From Planctomycetota bacterium (GTDB lineage: Bacteria; Planctomycetota; Planctomycetia; Planctomycetales; Planctomycetaceae): a stretch of DNA of 50,635 nucleotides. The translations under genes were made by a program, and so were the position numbers. Each line of letters starts with the position of its first letter. The first letter of the stretch is position 1. The stretch is taken from assembly GCA_963578885.1 (NCBI GenBank), contig CAUZEQ010000001.1, positions 1 through 50,635 of the forward strand, written 5' to 3'. Positions 42,890-50,635 of the stretch are shown piece after piece. Under the pieces are notes generated by a model that saw only the letters and a list, made by a program, of their open reading frames with translations, ran no database searches and was not told the origin of the DNA.

Positions 42890-45358
42890 ACCTCGCTGCT
42901 CGCACTGACCTTCGGCAGCCCCTGGCTGCTGCTGGGAGCCGCACTGGCGGCGATTCCGGCGATCCTGCACCTGCTGTTTCGACGCGAGCATCGTGCCGAA
43001 CCGTTCGCCGCCAACCGCTTCCTGGCCGAAGCAACACGCAAACACTCCCGACGACTCCGCTTCCAGCACTGGGTCCTGCTGGCGATGCGGATGGCAATCC
43101 TGCTGCTGATCGCCATCGCGCTGGCGCGACCCATTCTCGAAGACAGTCTCGCCGAGCCTCCCACCGGACGCGCCCCACTCCACCACCTCTTCGTCCTCGA
43201 CGCCACGCTCAGCATGAGGCACCGCGACCGGGGACAGCAGAGGTTTGATCGGGGACGAGCGATTCTCCAGAAGACCGTCGAAGCAGCCCACGACGGCGAC
43301 ACCTTCCGCCTGCTGGTCATTCGAGCCGCAGGGGCACAGGTCGTGATCGCCCAGGCCGCCGGTCGACGGGGTGATGTGCTCGAGGAACTTGCTCGGCTGG
43401 AACCGACCTGGGAATCGGGACGTGTAATCGAAACGCTCGAGACTCTCGAAACCACGCTGGCACTGCTCAACACGCCAATCCCCTCGGGCCGACTCCGAGT
43501 CTCACTCGTTACCGACCTCCAACGCTCCGCCTGGCAACCCGCCGATCAGGACCGCCGAAACCGGATCCGGGATCTGCTCCGCTCGATCAGCCAGCAATCC
43601 GAACTGGTCGTCTACGACGTCTCAGGACCGCCCGCCTCCAACACCGCCGTCGTCGAACTGAAGTCCGAGACGGCCGTGGCGATCGTCGGTGAAGCGGTGA
43701 CACTGCGAGCCACCGTCTCGCACTTCGGGCCTCCCGAACCGCCCTCAGCAGCGGTCAAAACACAGGTCGAATGGCACATCGATGGCCGGATGGTTGCTCG
43801 CAGAGGTCTCAAGCTCAAGCCCCGGAGTACCACCACCGTCGAATGGACTCACCACTTCGCCGCAGCCGGCGAACACCATGCCGAAGTCAGGCTCAGCGGC
43901 GATGGACTCCCCGACGACAATCACCGGCACATCGCCCTGCCGGTTCGTGACCGGCTGAGAGTGCTGCTGGCGGGAGGCCGCTTTGGAGCGGGTCCGGACA
44001 AGGTCGCCACGTTCTATGTCGAAGCCGCTCTCGATCCGAGACTCGGCACAGCGGATGGCTCCACCGAAGCGATCGAATCACCTCGAGTCGCAACCACCGT
44101 GATCTCCGAAAGCCGCCTCGTGGGCCAGGACCTCGATCGACACGACTGCATCGTCCTCTGCGATGTCCCGCGACTCGACCGGCTCGAAGTTTCCAGGCTG
44201 GCCCGGTTTGTCTCCTCAGGCGGAGGCCTGGTGATCGGGCTGGGCGATTCGGTCCACACCGAATCCTGGAACCGGTTGCTGGGCCCGGAGGGTGCCGACC
44301 TGCTGCCGGGGCGGATCAACGAACTCGTCTCCGCTGATGACCCCAACCAGCAGGCCGTCGTCTTTGATCCGGGCAACTACGCTCATCCACTGCTCGCTGT
44401 CTTCCGAGGCCTCGACGGGAATGGGCTGGGGACCACGGTCACGCTGAGATATCTCGACACAACCCCGCTGCCCGGCAGCCAGGTCGCCCTGGCGTTTGAT
44501 TCCGGCGACCCCGCCATCCTGGTGAGGCGGTTCGGTCACGGGCACGTGGTGCTGGTCACCACCTCGCTCGATCCCCGCTGGACCACCTGGCCGGTCCTCT
44601 CGAGCAGCTTTCCGCCGATGGTCCATGAACTGGTCCGCTACGCGACCTCGGGACGCTGGTCGGCTCGCAATCACCTCCTCGGTCATCCCATCATCCGCCC
44701 CATCGGACCCTTGGTCACCGCCGGCACCCTGCTGGCTCCCGACGGCAGCAGCCTGGCCATGGAAAACCCCGTCGCCACAAACACCCGGCCACGAGATGAC
44801 TCCGGCGAGATCCCCGAACCGGGCAACACCCCAACCGGCCGACTGATCAGCGACCCTCCGCTCGTGCCGGGCATCTACTGGCTCTCACTGGTGCCTCCGG
44901 CCGAGGCAATCGAGACGTACGGAGTCAACCTGGACTCCTCCGAGAGCGACCTGGCGACGGCCGTCGGCCAGACCGACCGGGCCAGGCTCTCGGGAGTCGA
45001 CGCTCCGATCTACACACGCTGGCACGATGCCGCCGCGGTCTTCGAACAACCGGGTCGGCCACTGGGTCGGCTGCTGCTCAGCATCCTGCTGGGGCTGCTG
45101 GTGGTCGAACTGACCATGGCCTGGAAGTTCCGTGCCGGGGCGGTGGCACTGGGAGTACTGCTGGTGGCCGGGACGCTCGGAGTCGGGGGGGGGGGTGGGG
45201 TGGGTGGGGTGGGTGCGGTGGGTGCGGTGGGTGCGGTGGGTGCGGTGGGTGCGGTGGGTGCGGTGGGCGTGGTGGGCGTGGTGGCTGCGGTGTGGGGCCG
45301 CAGGGTGCTGCGCAATCGCTATGGCCGTCACAGACGGCGTTTGGGGAGTGCCGGCTGA
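42863..45358 (+). CDS. BatA-N-terminal-domain membrane protein (aerotolerance-operon type), vWA-like middle region, C-terminal TM and Gly/Val-rich tail
   Basis: The N-terminus reads FGSPWLLLGAALAAIPAILHLLFRR, the BatA N-terminal pattern. A MIDAS-like motif VLDATLSM is present. A C-terminal hydrophobic segment is followed by GVGGGGGVGGVGAVGAVGAVGAVGAVGAVGVVGVV. The ATG overlaps the DUF58 stop (ATGA). Confidence 0.78.
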   Translation: MISMISMISTSLLALTFGSPWLLLGAALAAIPAILHLLFRREHRAEPFAANRFLAEATRKHSRRLRFQHWVLLAMRMAILLLIAIALARPILEDSLAEPPTGRAPLHHLFVLDATLSMRHRDRGQQRFDRGRAILQKTVEAAHDGDTFRLLVIRAAGAQVVIAQAAGRRGDVLEELARLEPTWESGRVIETLETLETTLALLNTPIPSGRLRVSLVTDLQRSAWQPADQDRRNRIRDLLRSISQQSELVVYDVSGPPASNTAVVELKSETAVAIVGEAVTLRATVSHFGPPEPPSAAVKTQVEWHIDGRMVARRGLKLKPRSTTTVEWTHHFAAAGEHHAEVRLSGDGLPDDNHRHIALPVRDRLRVLLAGGRFGAGPDKVATFYVEAALDPRLGTADGSTEAIESPRVATTVISESRLVGQDLDRHDCIVLCDVPRLDRLEVSRLARFVSSGGGLVIGLGDSVHTESWNRLLGPEGADLLPGRINELVSADDPNQQAVVFDPGNYAHPLLAVFRGLDGNGLGTTVTLRYLDTTPLPGSQVALAFDSGDPAILVRRFGHGHVVLVTTSLDPRWTTWPVLSSSFPPMVHELVRYATSGRWSARNHLLGHPIIRPIGPLVTAGTLLAPDGSSLAMENPVATNTRPRDDSGEIPEPGNTPTGRLISDPPLVPGIYWLSLVPPAEAIETYGVNLDSSESDLATAVGQTDRARLSGVDAPIYTRWHDAAAVFEQPGRPLGRLLLSILLGLLVVELTMAWKFRAGAVALGVLLVAGTLGVGGGGGVGGVGAVGAVGAVGAVGAVGAVGVVGVVAAVWGRRVLRNRYGRHRRRLGSAG
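45185..45289 (+). repeat. G11 homopolymer followed by about 10 units of a 9-bp G-rich repeat (GTGGGTGCG x6 plus variants), inside a CDS
   Basis: There are 11 consecutive G at 45185-45195. Six perfect GTGGGTGCG units span 45209-45262, flanked by the variants GTGGGCGTG x2 and GTGGCTGCG. Confidence 0.95.
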
Positions 45359-45508
45359 GGCCGAAATGCTCTCGCCGGTCGCCATCGGACCGCTTACACT
45401 AGATCCAGCTCTGACGCGCAGGCCTGCGCGATACGCGCGAACAGAATCCCCGCATCCACTCAGCCAAAATCGGTTGTCGCGGTTCAGACGATAAGCGAGA
45501 TCCCTTTC

Positions 45509-47296
45509 GTGTCGACCACCCAGCCTCGTCAATCGGCCGCGCGGGACGCCGCGGGGATCAGCGGAGCCGACATCCTGGTCGAGTCGCTGATTCACCAGGG
45601 TGTCGACTGCATCTTCGCCTATCCCGGCGGAGCCAGCATGCCGCTGCACCAGGCGTTGATCCGCAACGCCGAGAGGCTGAGGACGATTCTGCCGCGACAC
45701 GAGCAGGGCGGCGGCTTCGCAGCCCAGGGCTACGCCCGCAGCACCGGCCGCGTCGGTGTCTGTATGGCCACCAGTGGACCCGGCGCCACCAACCTCGTCA
45801 CCACCCTCGCCGATGCCAAGATGGACAGTGTGCCGGTGGTGGCGATCACCGGGCAGGTGTCCAGGCAGGTGATCGGCACCGACGCCTTCCAGGAGACTCC
45901 GATCGTCGAGGTCTGCCGTGCGGTCACCAAGCACCACTACCTGGTGACCGAGATCGAGGACGTGGCACGGGTGGTCAAGGAGGCCTTTTACGTGGCCCGC
46001 ACCGGCCGGCCCGGACCGGTCCTGATCGACTTCCCCAAGGACGTGCAGGTACTCACGCTCGACGAACCCCCCGACTTCGATCCTCCAACCGATCTGCCGG
46101 GATACCATCCCGAGGCACGAACGTCTCAGCCAGAACAGATCGGGCAGCTGATCGCCGCCATCCGCCGCTCGCGACGCCCGATCCTGTACGTCGGTGGCGG
46201 AGTCATCAACGGGGAGGCTTCGGAATTGCTGGCGACCTTTGCACACCGTACCGGCATCCCGGTGGCCAATACGCTGATGGGAATCGGTGCCTTCCCCGCT
46301 GACGATCCGCAGTCACTGGGCATGCTCGGCATGCACGGTACCGTCTATTCCAACTACGCCATCAACGAAGCCGACCTGCTGCTGGCCCTGGGTGTCCGTT
46401 TCGACGATCGCGTCACCGGCAAGCTCGAAGAATTCGCTCAACACGGCAAGATCGTTCACGTCGATATCGATCCGTCCGAAATCCACAAGAACAAGGAAGC
46501 TCATATCCCGATCGTCTCCGACGTCGCAGACGTGCTCGAACAACTCAACGAACAGATCACCGATGACGACGTGCCGCAGATCGACGAGTGGCTCGAGACG
46601 GTTGCCGAGTGGAAAGAGGCCAACCCGCTGTTGTGCCCCGACGACCCGCAGCTGATCCACCCGCAAACAGCGATTAGGGAACTGGCCCGCCTGACCGCCG
46701 ACCGCGATACGTTTGTCAGTGTCGGAGTCGGACAGCACCAGATGTGGTCGGCTCAGCACTTCCCCTTCCACCTGCCACGTCGCTGGATGAGCAGTTCGGG
46801 ATTGGGCACGATGGGCTTCGGTTTGCCCGCCGCCATGGGGGCCCAAGCCGCCAACCCCGATGCACTCTGCATCGACATCGATGGCGATGGGTCGTTCCAG
46901 ATGAACATCCAGGAACTGGCCACGCTGCACTGCGAGAAGCTGCCGGTGAAGATCCTGCTGCTCAACAACCAGCACCTCGGCATGGTCATGCAGTGGGAGG
47001 ATCGGTTCTTCGACGGACGACGGGCTCATACATGGCTCGGACCCGTCGACGCACCCGAATACACGGGCTCCGGAGACGGACACCTCGAAGAGACCTACCC
47101 CGACTTCGTCTCGATCGCCCGCGGATACGGAATCGACGGGGCCCAGGTCCGACAACGCAGCCAACTCGCCGACGCACTGGCCACCATGCTCGCCTGTAAG
47201 GGCCCCTACCTGCTCGATGTCATCTGCCCCTACCAGGAACACGTGCTTCCGATGATCCCCAGTGGGCACTCGGTGCGAGACATCATCACCGAGTAG
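45509..47296 (+). CDS. ilvB: Acetolactate synthase (acetohydroxyacid synthase) large catalytic subunit, biosynthetic type
   Basis: Contains [44 protein letters not shown], the ThDP motif [15 protein letters not shown]...[10 protein letters not shown]...LNN and a C-terminal MIPSG. GTG start. Confidence 0.92.
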   Translation: MSTTQPRQSAARDAAGISGADILVESLIHQGVDCIFAYPGGASMPLHQALIRNAERLRTILPRHEQGGGFAAQGYARSTGRVGVCMATSGPGATNLVTTLADAKMDSVPVVAITGQVSRQVIGTDAFQETPIVEVCRAVTKHHYLVTEIEDVARVVKEAFYVARTGRPGPVLIDFPKDVQVLTLDEPPDFDPPTDLPGYHPEARTSQPEQIGQLIAAIRRSRRPILYVGGGVINGEASELLATFAHRTGIPVANTLMGIGAFPADDPQSLGMLGMHGTVYSNYAINEADLLLALGVRFDDRVTGKLEEFAQHGKIVHVDIDPSEIHKNKEAHIPIVSDVADVLEQLNEQITDDDVPQIDEWLETVAEWKEANPLLCPDDPQLIHPQTAIRELARLTADRDTFVSVGVGQHQMWSAQHFPFHLPRRWMSSSGLGTMGFGLPAAMGAQAANPDALCIDIDGDGSFQMNIQELATLHCEKLPVKILLLNNQHLGMVMQWEDRFFDGRRAHTWLGPVDAPEYTGSGDGHLEETYPDFVSIARGYGIDGAQVRQRSQLADALATMLACKGPYLLDVICPYQEHVLPMIPSGHSVRDIITE

Positions 47297-47387
47297 CCTG
47301 TCGAGGCTGAGTGCGGAGGTGTAAACTGGTCCGTCGAAGGGGCTGTTTCAATCGTGTCCGAAGTCCCGGATCAGCGAGATCAGCGAG

Positions 47388-47681
47388 ATGGCGAGTTACA
47401 AGAAGTTTGATCTACGGCTCGAGTCCCTGGTTGTGGAGACCAAGACGGTGTTCGATCCGGAAGTCGAAGCCGAGATCCAGGAATTCGATGGGCACCTCGA
47501 TGCAGACGCCGGCAGCGAAGTCGACACGCACGAAAAACTCTCGGCATTGATCCACTCGCAGCCCCGACTCGCCAGCCAGATCTTCTACGAGCGGGCCCAC
47601 ACCGGGTTCACTCGCGAGATCACCGTGACCCGGGCTGATGTCGAGCGGTTGTTCACCGAGTTGGCCGCGGCCTCAAGCTGA
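47388..47681 (+). CDS. Hypothetical 97-aa acidic protein, first gene of a coupled trio
   Basis: The ATG start is preceded by a direct 9-bp duplication, TCAGCGAGA x2, at 47371-47388. The stop TGA overlaps the next ATG (TGATG at 47679-47683). I recognise no family. Confidence 0.5.
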   Translation: MASYKKFDLRLESLVVETKTVFDPEVEAEIQEFDGHLDADAGSEVDTHEKLSALIHSQPRLASQIFYERAHTGFTREITVTRADVERLFTELAAASS

Positions 47682-48661
47682 TGGCCGATCACGTCGAGAT
47701 CCGCGGCGTCCGCCTCCATCTCTCGTCGGCCGATCCGTCACGCAGCGAGTGGATCGGGCAGGGCGAAGTGCTCAGGCAACTGCTCGCCTGCTGGTTGACC
47801 GTCGATGACCAGGACCTGCCGCTGGCTCCCCGGCTGACCGGGGCCCCGGGAATCGGCAAGACCACCCTGGCCATGGCGGCCGCGGCCGCGCGAAAACAGG
47901 ACCTGTTCGTCTACCAGTGCACCGCCGACACGCGACCCGAAGACCTGCTGGTCACTCCGGTACTGGCCGAATCCGGCACGATCCAGTACCACGCCAGCCC
48001 GCTGGTCACCGCGATGCTCACCGGAAGCGTCTGCGTGCTGGATGAGGGCAACCGGATGAACGAAAAGTCGTGGGCCAGCCTCGCACCGCTGCTGGACCAC
48101 CGACGCTACGTCGAGTCGATCGTTGCCGGCATCACCATCCCGGCCTCTGACGACTTCCGCTGCGTGGTCACGATGAACGAGGACGAGTCGACCTTCGAAG
48201 TCCCCGACTACATCCTCAGCCGACTCCAGCCCACACTCGTGCTCGAACACCCCTCGCGAGACGACGAGCGAGCGATCCTCGAGTACCACCTCCCCTTTGC
48301 CAACGCCGAAATGCTCAACCTCACCGTCGAATTCCTCCAGCAGGCTCACAAACTGAAACTCGACTTCTCCACACGTGACGGCATCAACGTGATCCGCTAC
48401 GCACTCAAACGCCTCGCCTCCGACCCACAACACCCTCTCTCCAGAGACCACGCCTGGGCCGAATCGGTGACCGCCTGCCTGGGCGACGATGCACTCGATC
48501 TCCAGACTCTCGCCACCCAAAAGCAGCAATCCCTGGGCGGCAACATCATTCCGCTGGGACTGGGAGACTTCTTCTTCTCCGGCGACGACCCGCTGCACCC
48601 CGACGTCGACCTCGACGATGACGATCTTGACGACGAAGACGTTGATGAGTCCGGACCATGA
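47681..48661 (+). CDS. AAA+ ATPase of the AAA_5/MoxR-CbbQ-like type with poly-acidic C-terminal tail
   Basis: Has Walker [14 protein letters not shown], Walker [11 protein letters not shown] and sensor-like [17 protein letters not shown] and a lid-like [12 protein letters not shown] are also present. The tail reads [19 protein letters not shown]. The stop overlaps the next ATG (ATGA at 48658-48661). Confidence 0.8.
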   Translation: MADHVEIRGVRLHLSSADPSRSEWIGQGEVLRQLLACWLTVDDQDLPLAPRLTGAPGIGKTTLAMAAAAARKQDLFVYQCTADTRPEDLLVTPVLAESGTIQYHASPLVTAMLTGSVCVLDEGNRMNEKSWASLAPLLDHRRYVESIVAGITIPASDDFRCVVTMNEDESTFEVPDYILSRLQPTLVLEHPSRDDERAILEYHLPFANAEMLNLTVEFLQQAHKLKLDFSTRDGINVIRYALKRLASDPQHPLSRDHAWAESVTACLGDDALDLQTLATQKQQSLGGNIIPLGLGDFFFSGDDPLHPDVDLDDDDLDDEDVDESGP

Positions 48662-50550
48662 GCGACGTGATCAGCGGACCACTGGCGATCAGCGACCAGA
48701 CGCTGGCCGTGCCGGTGATCCACGGCAGCGGCGATTTTTCCATCGCCGTCCGCAAAGTGATGCTCGAACACGACTTCGACTGCCTGGCCGTCCCGCTGCC
48801 ACCGTCGTTCCAGGCCGACACCGAAGCCGCGCTCGAACACCTGCCCGGCGCCACGATCACCCTGCAGCACGAATCGGCTCGATTCGAGGAACCCGGCTGG
48901 ACACCCGAAGACCAGCACGACGATGACCCGTCCGAGGTGCGGCGAGCCAGCTACGTGCCGATCGATCCGTGCCAGCCGGTGATCGCGGCCCTGAGAACCG
49001 CGGTGGGAGAACACATTCCCCGGGCGTTTGTCGACCCCGAAACCAGGCCCTGGGAACCGCTGGCCGCCGTGCTGCCCGATGCCTACGCGCTGAAACGTGT
49101 CGAGCTCGAACAGTTCGCCGCCGCCATCCTGCCCGCACTGCCCCGGCCACCCGATGGACAACCCACAGATCGGGTCGAACACATCGCCGCGCGAATTCAC
49201 GAACTCGAGCAGCAGCACGAATCGATCCTCCTGGTCTGCAGCCTGCTCGATTGGCCGTGGATCCGCGAGTCGTACCACCGCGACGGCGGACGGATCTGCC
49301 AGGGCGATGAGGTCCAAGAGACCCAGGCGCTGGCCGTCGACCCCCGCACACTCGCCTTTGTCCTGGGCGAATTGCCCTTCATTACCGGGCTCTACGAGAC
49401 CGCTCGAGCACGACTCGACGACGATCAGAATCTGTCCGTCGACGGACTCAAGGAACTGCTGCTGGAAACCCGCGACCGGTACAAGTCGGAATGGAAGTCG
49501 CGGGCACGCTCGATCACACCCCAGCTGCTCTCGACCTTCTTCCGCTACGTCCGAAACCTCTCGCTGATCGAACGACGGCTGACGCCGGACCTCTATACCC
49601 TGGTCACCGCCGCCAAGCAGGTGGCTGGAGACGAGTTTGCGATCACGCTGGCCGAAACCGCTCGCGACTACCCCTATGCGTTGCCGCTGCCGCTCGAGGA
49701 GATTCGGTTCGGGATCGGGCAGGGAGAACTGCCCGGCGGGGAACGGGTCGAGTTGGTCAGCCGACTGCCGGGTCCACCACTCAGCTGGCGAACCGTGAGA
49801 CTCAAGCCCCGCCCGCCTCAACCACAACAGGACCAGTGGCAGATGCAGTGGGATCCGCATCGGCAGTGCAGCTGGCCACCGGAAGACAATGCGATCGAGC
49901 GGTTTCGGACTCACGTCAAGGACTCGGCCCTGTCGCTGCTCGGAGCCGACCTGGCCCGCTCCGAAAAGTTCACGACCAGCTTCCGAGACGGTCTCGATAT
50001 CCGAGAAACACTCAGGAACTGGCACACCGGAGACCTGTTCGTCAAGGTGCTGCCGCCCACCCGTGGCAGCCTCGACTGCGTGCTGATGTTCTTCGATTCA
50101 CCGGCCGATCCCCGCGACTACCCGTGGCGGATCACCTGGATGGCCGAGCATCATGACGAATCGACCCTGGCCCTGTTTGCCTCCAACTTCCAGGCCGAAC
50201 TCGCCGGGCCCGGTATCGGAGTGGCCAGCTACGGTGGGGCGATGTTCCTGTTCCCGCCACGGCCGATTCCCGACGTCTGGGTCGACCCGAGGTTCGATTG
50301 GGCCGACACGCTCGAGGAACGACTGCTCGCCGCGGCCTGCCACTACAGCCACGAACGACACATCGCCGTGCTCAGCCATGCCCCACCCGGGGCCGCCTGG
50401 CGGCGAATCGCACGGCAACACCGTCGCAAGCTGATCCACGTACCCCTGGGGCGCTTCAGCCAGGAAACCGTCGCCCGCCTGCGACAGGTCCACGTGCTCA
50501 ACGGACAGGAAGTCCGCAGCTACGCCGCTCACTTCATCCGCAAGGCGTAG
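48658..50550 (+). CDS. Uncharacterised 630-aa protein (possibly DUF5682/TraB-GumN-like), third gene of the coupled trio
   Basis: This is a long ORF with normal amino-acid composition and it is translationally coupled to the ATPase. The N-terminal [33 protein letters not shown] and the later [25 protein letters not shown] resemble TraB/GumN-type and DUF5682 layouts, but I cannot verify this without an HMM search. The stop TAG at 50548-50550 is embedded in a family-A repeat. Confidence 0.6.
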   Translation: MSDVISGPLAISDQTLAVPVIHGSGDFSIAVRKVMLEHDFDCLAVPLPPSFQADTEAALEHLPGATITLQHESARFEEPGWTPEDQHDDDPSEVRRASYVPIDPCQPVIAALRTAVGEHIPRAFVDPETRPWEPLAAVLPDAYALKRVELEQFAAAILPALPRPPDGQPTDRVEHIAARIHELEQQHESILLVCSLLDWPWIRESYHRDGGRICQGDEVQETQALAVDPRTLAFVLGELPFITGLYETARARLDDDQNLSVDGLKELLLETRDRYKSEWKSRARSITPQLLSTFFRYVRNLSLIERRLTPDLYTLVTAAKQVAGDEFAITLAETARDYPYALPLPLEEIRFGIGQGELPGGERVELVSRLPGPPLSWRTVRLKPRPPQPQQDQWQMQWDPHRQCSWPPEDNAIERFRTHVKDSALSLLGADLARSEKFTTSFRDGLDIRETLRNWHTGDLFVKVLPPTRGSLDCVLMFFDSPADPRDYPWRITWMAEHHDESTLALFASNFQAELAGPGIGVASYGGAMFLFPPRPIPDVWVDPRFDWADTLEERLLAAACHYSHERHIAVLSHAPPGAAWRRIARQHRRKLIHVPLGRFSQETVARLRQVHVLNGQEVRSYAAHFIRKA

Positions 50551-50599
50551 GGACTGGCTCCAGAGCCGAGCCGGAGGCGAGGGCGCCGGTGCCTGTCCC
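50550..50599 (+). repeat. GC-rich hairpin repeat, family A long form
   Basis: The sequence is GGGACTGGCTCCAGAGCCGAGCCGGAGGCGAGGGCGCCGGTGCCTGTCCC. It starts at the last base of the TAG stop, and its first 18 nt are identical to the copies at 3545 and 12954. Confidence 0.85.
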
Positions 50600-50635
50600 G
50601 ACATCGATCGCCGGCTCTTGCAGCGGAAACAGACA

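Noticed and set aside
45132-45494. ORF 45132-45494(+), which encodes a (WVR)n repeat protein.
   Set aside because: It is an alternative frame of the G-rich 9-bp repeat inside the BatA-like gene. It is relevant only as the frame that a G11 slippage event would enter, not as an independent gene.
47388-47681. The 97-aa ORF downstream of ilvB as the acetolactate synthase small subunit (ilvN/ilvH).
   Set aside because: It is too short and lacks the ACT-domain start pattern (hTLSVLVENEPGVLSRV-like). It is translationally coupled to the AAA+ ATPase gene rather than to ilvB, from which a 91-nt gap separates it.
1-50635. Genomic island, prophage, mobile element, or tRNA, rRNA or tmRNA genes.
   Set aside because: No integrase, transposase, phage structural or conjugation motifs were recognised in any frame. 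No intergenic region shows a cloverleaf-like or rRNA-like sequence. The only mobile-looking sequences are the short non-coding hairpin or MITE-like repeats reported above.

Overview
This is a visibly GC-rich bacterial chromosomal segment, and its gene content points to Planctomycetota. The evidence is four Tat-signal DUF1501 sulfatase-like proteins, one PSCyt/DUF1549/DUF1553 protein, two large PQQ-like beta-propeller proteins, a MoxR-DUF58-BatA operon, exported Gfo/Idh/MocA oxidoreductases, a formylglycine-type sulfatase and a Ser/Thr kinase. I support about 36 protein-coding genes, mostly housekeeping or envelope functions, including ilvB, an ATP sulfurylase, an archaeal-type phosphoglycerate mutase and a ComM/YifB ATPase. 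I found no rRNA, tRNA, CRISPR array, transposase, integrase or phage gene. Many long ORFs in the six-frame track are antisense shadow ORFs typical of high-GC DNA, and several real genes carry spurious N-terminal extensions that read through intergenic repeats. Five things stand out.

1. A translationally coupled three-gene operon lies at 47388-50550. It encodes a 97-aa protein, an AAA_5/MoxR-like ATPase with a poly-acidic tail, and a 630-aa protein I cannot assign. It has no vWA partner and is my best candidate for an undescribed system.
2. A mosaic family of GC-rich hairpin repeats sits immediately 3' of stop codons, always in the same orientation relative to the upstream gene. Two copies supply the G of a TAG stop codon.
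3. There are several short tandem repeats: a 13-bp x6 intergenic repeat, three in-frame ATGATTTCC start repeats, and a G11 tract followed by a 9-bp G-rich repeat, the last two inside the BatA-like gene.
4. An exported WD40 propeller is fused to a Gfo/Idh/MocA oxidoreductase and overlaps a Tat-signal amidohydrolase gene.
5. A zinc-ribbon ORF and a kinase-tail ORF are separated only by one in-frame TAG.

All family assignments come from motif recognition by eye, not from database searches.
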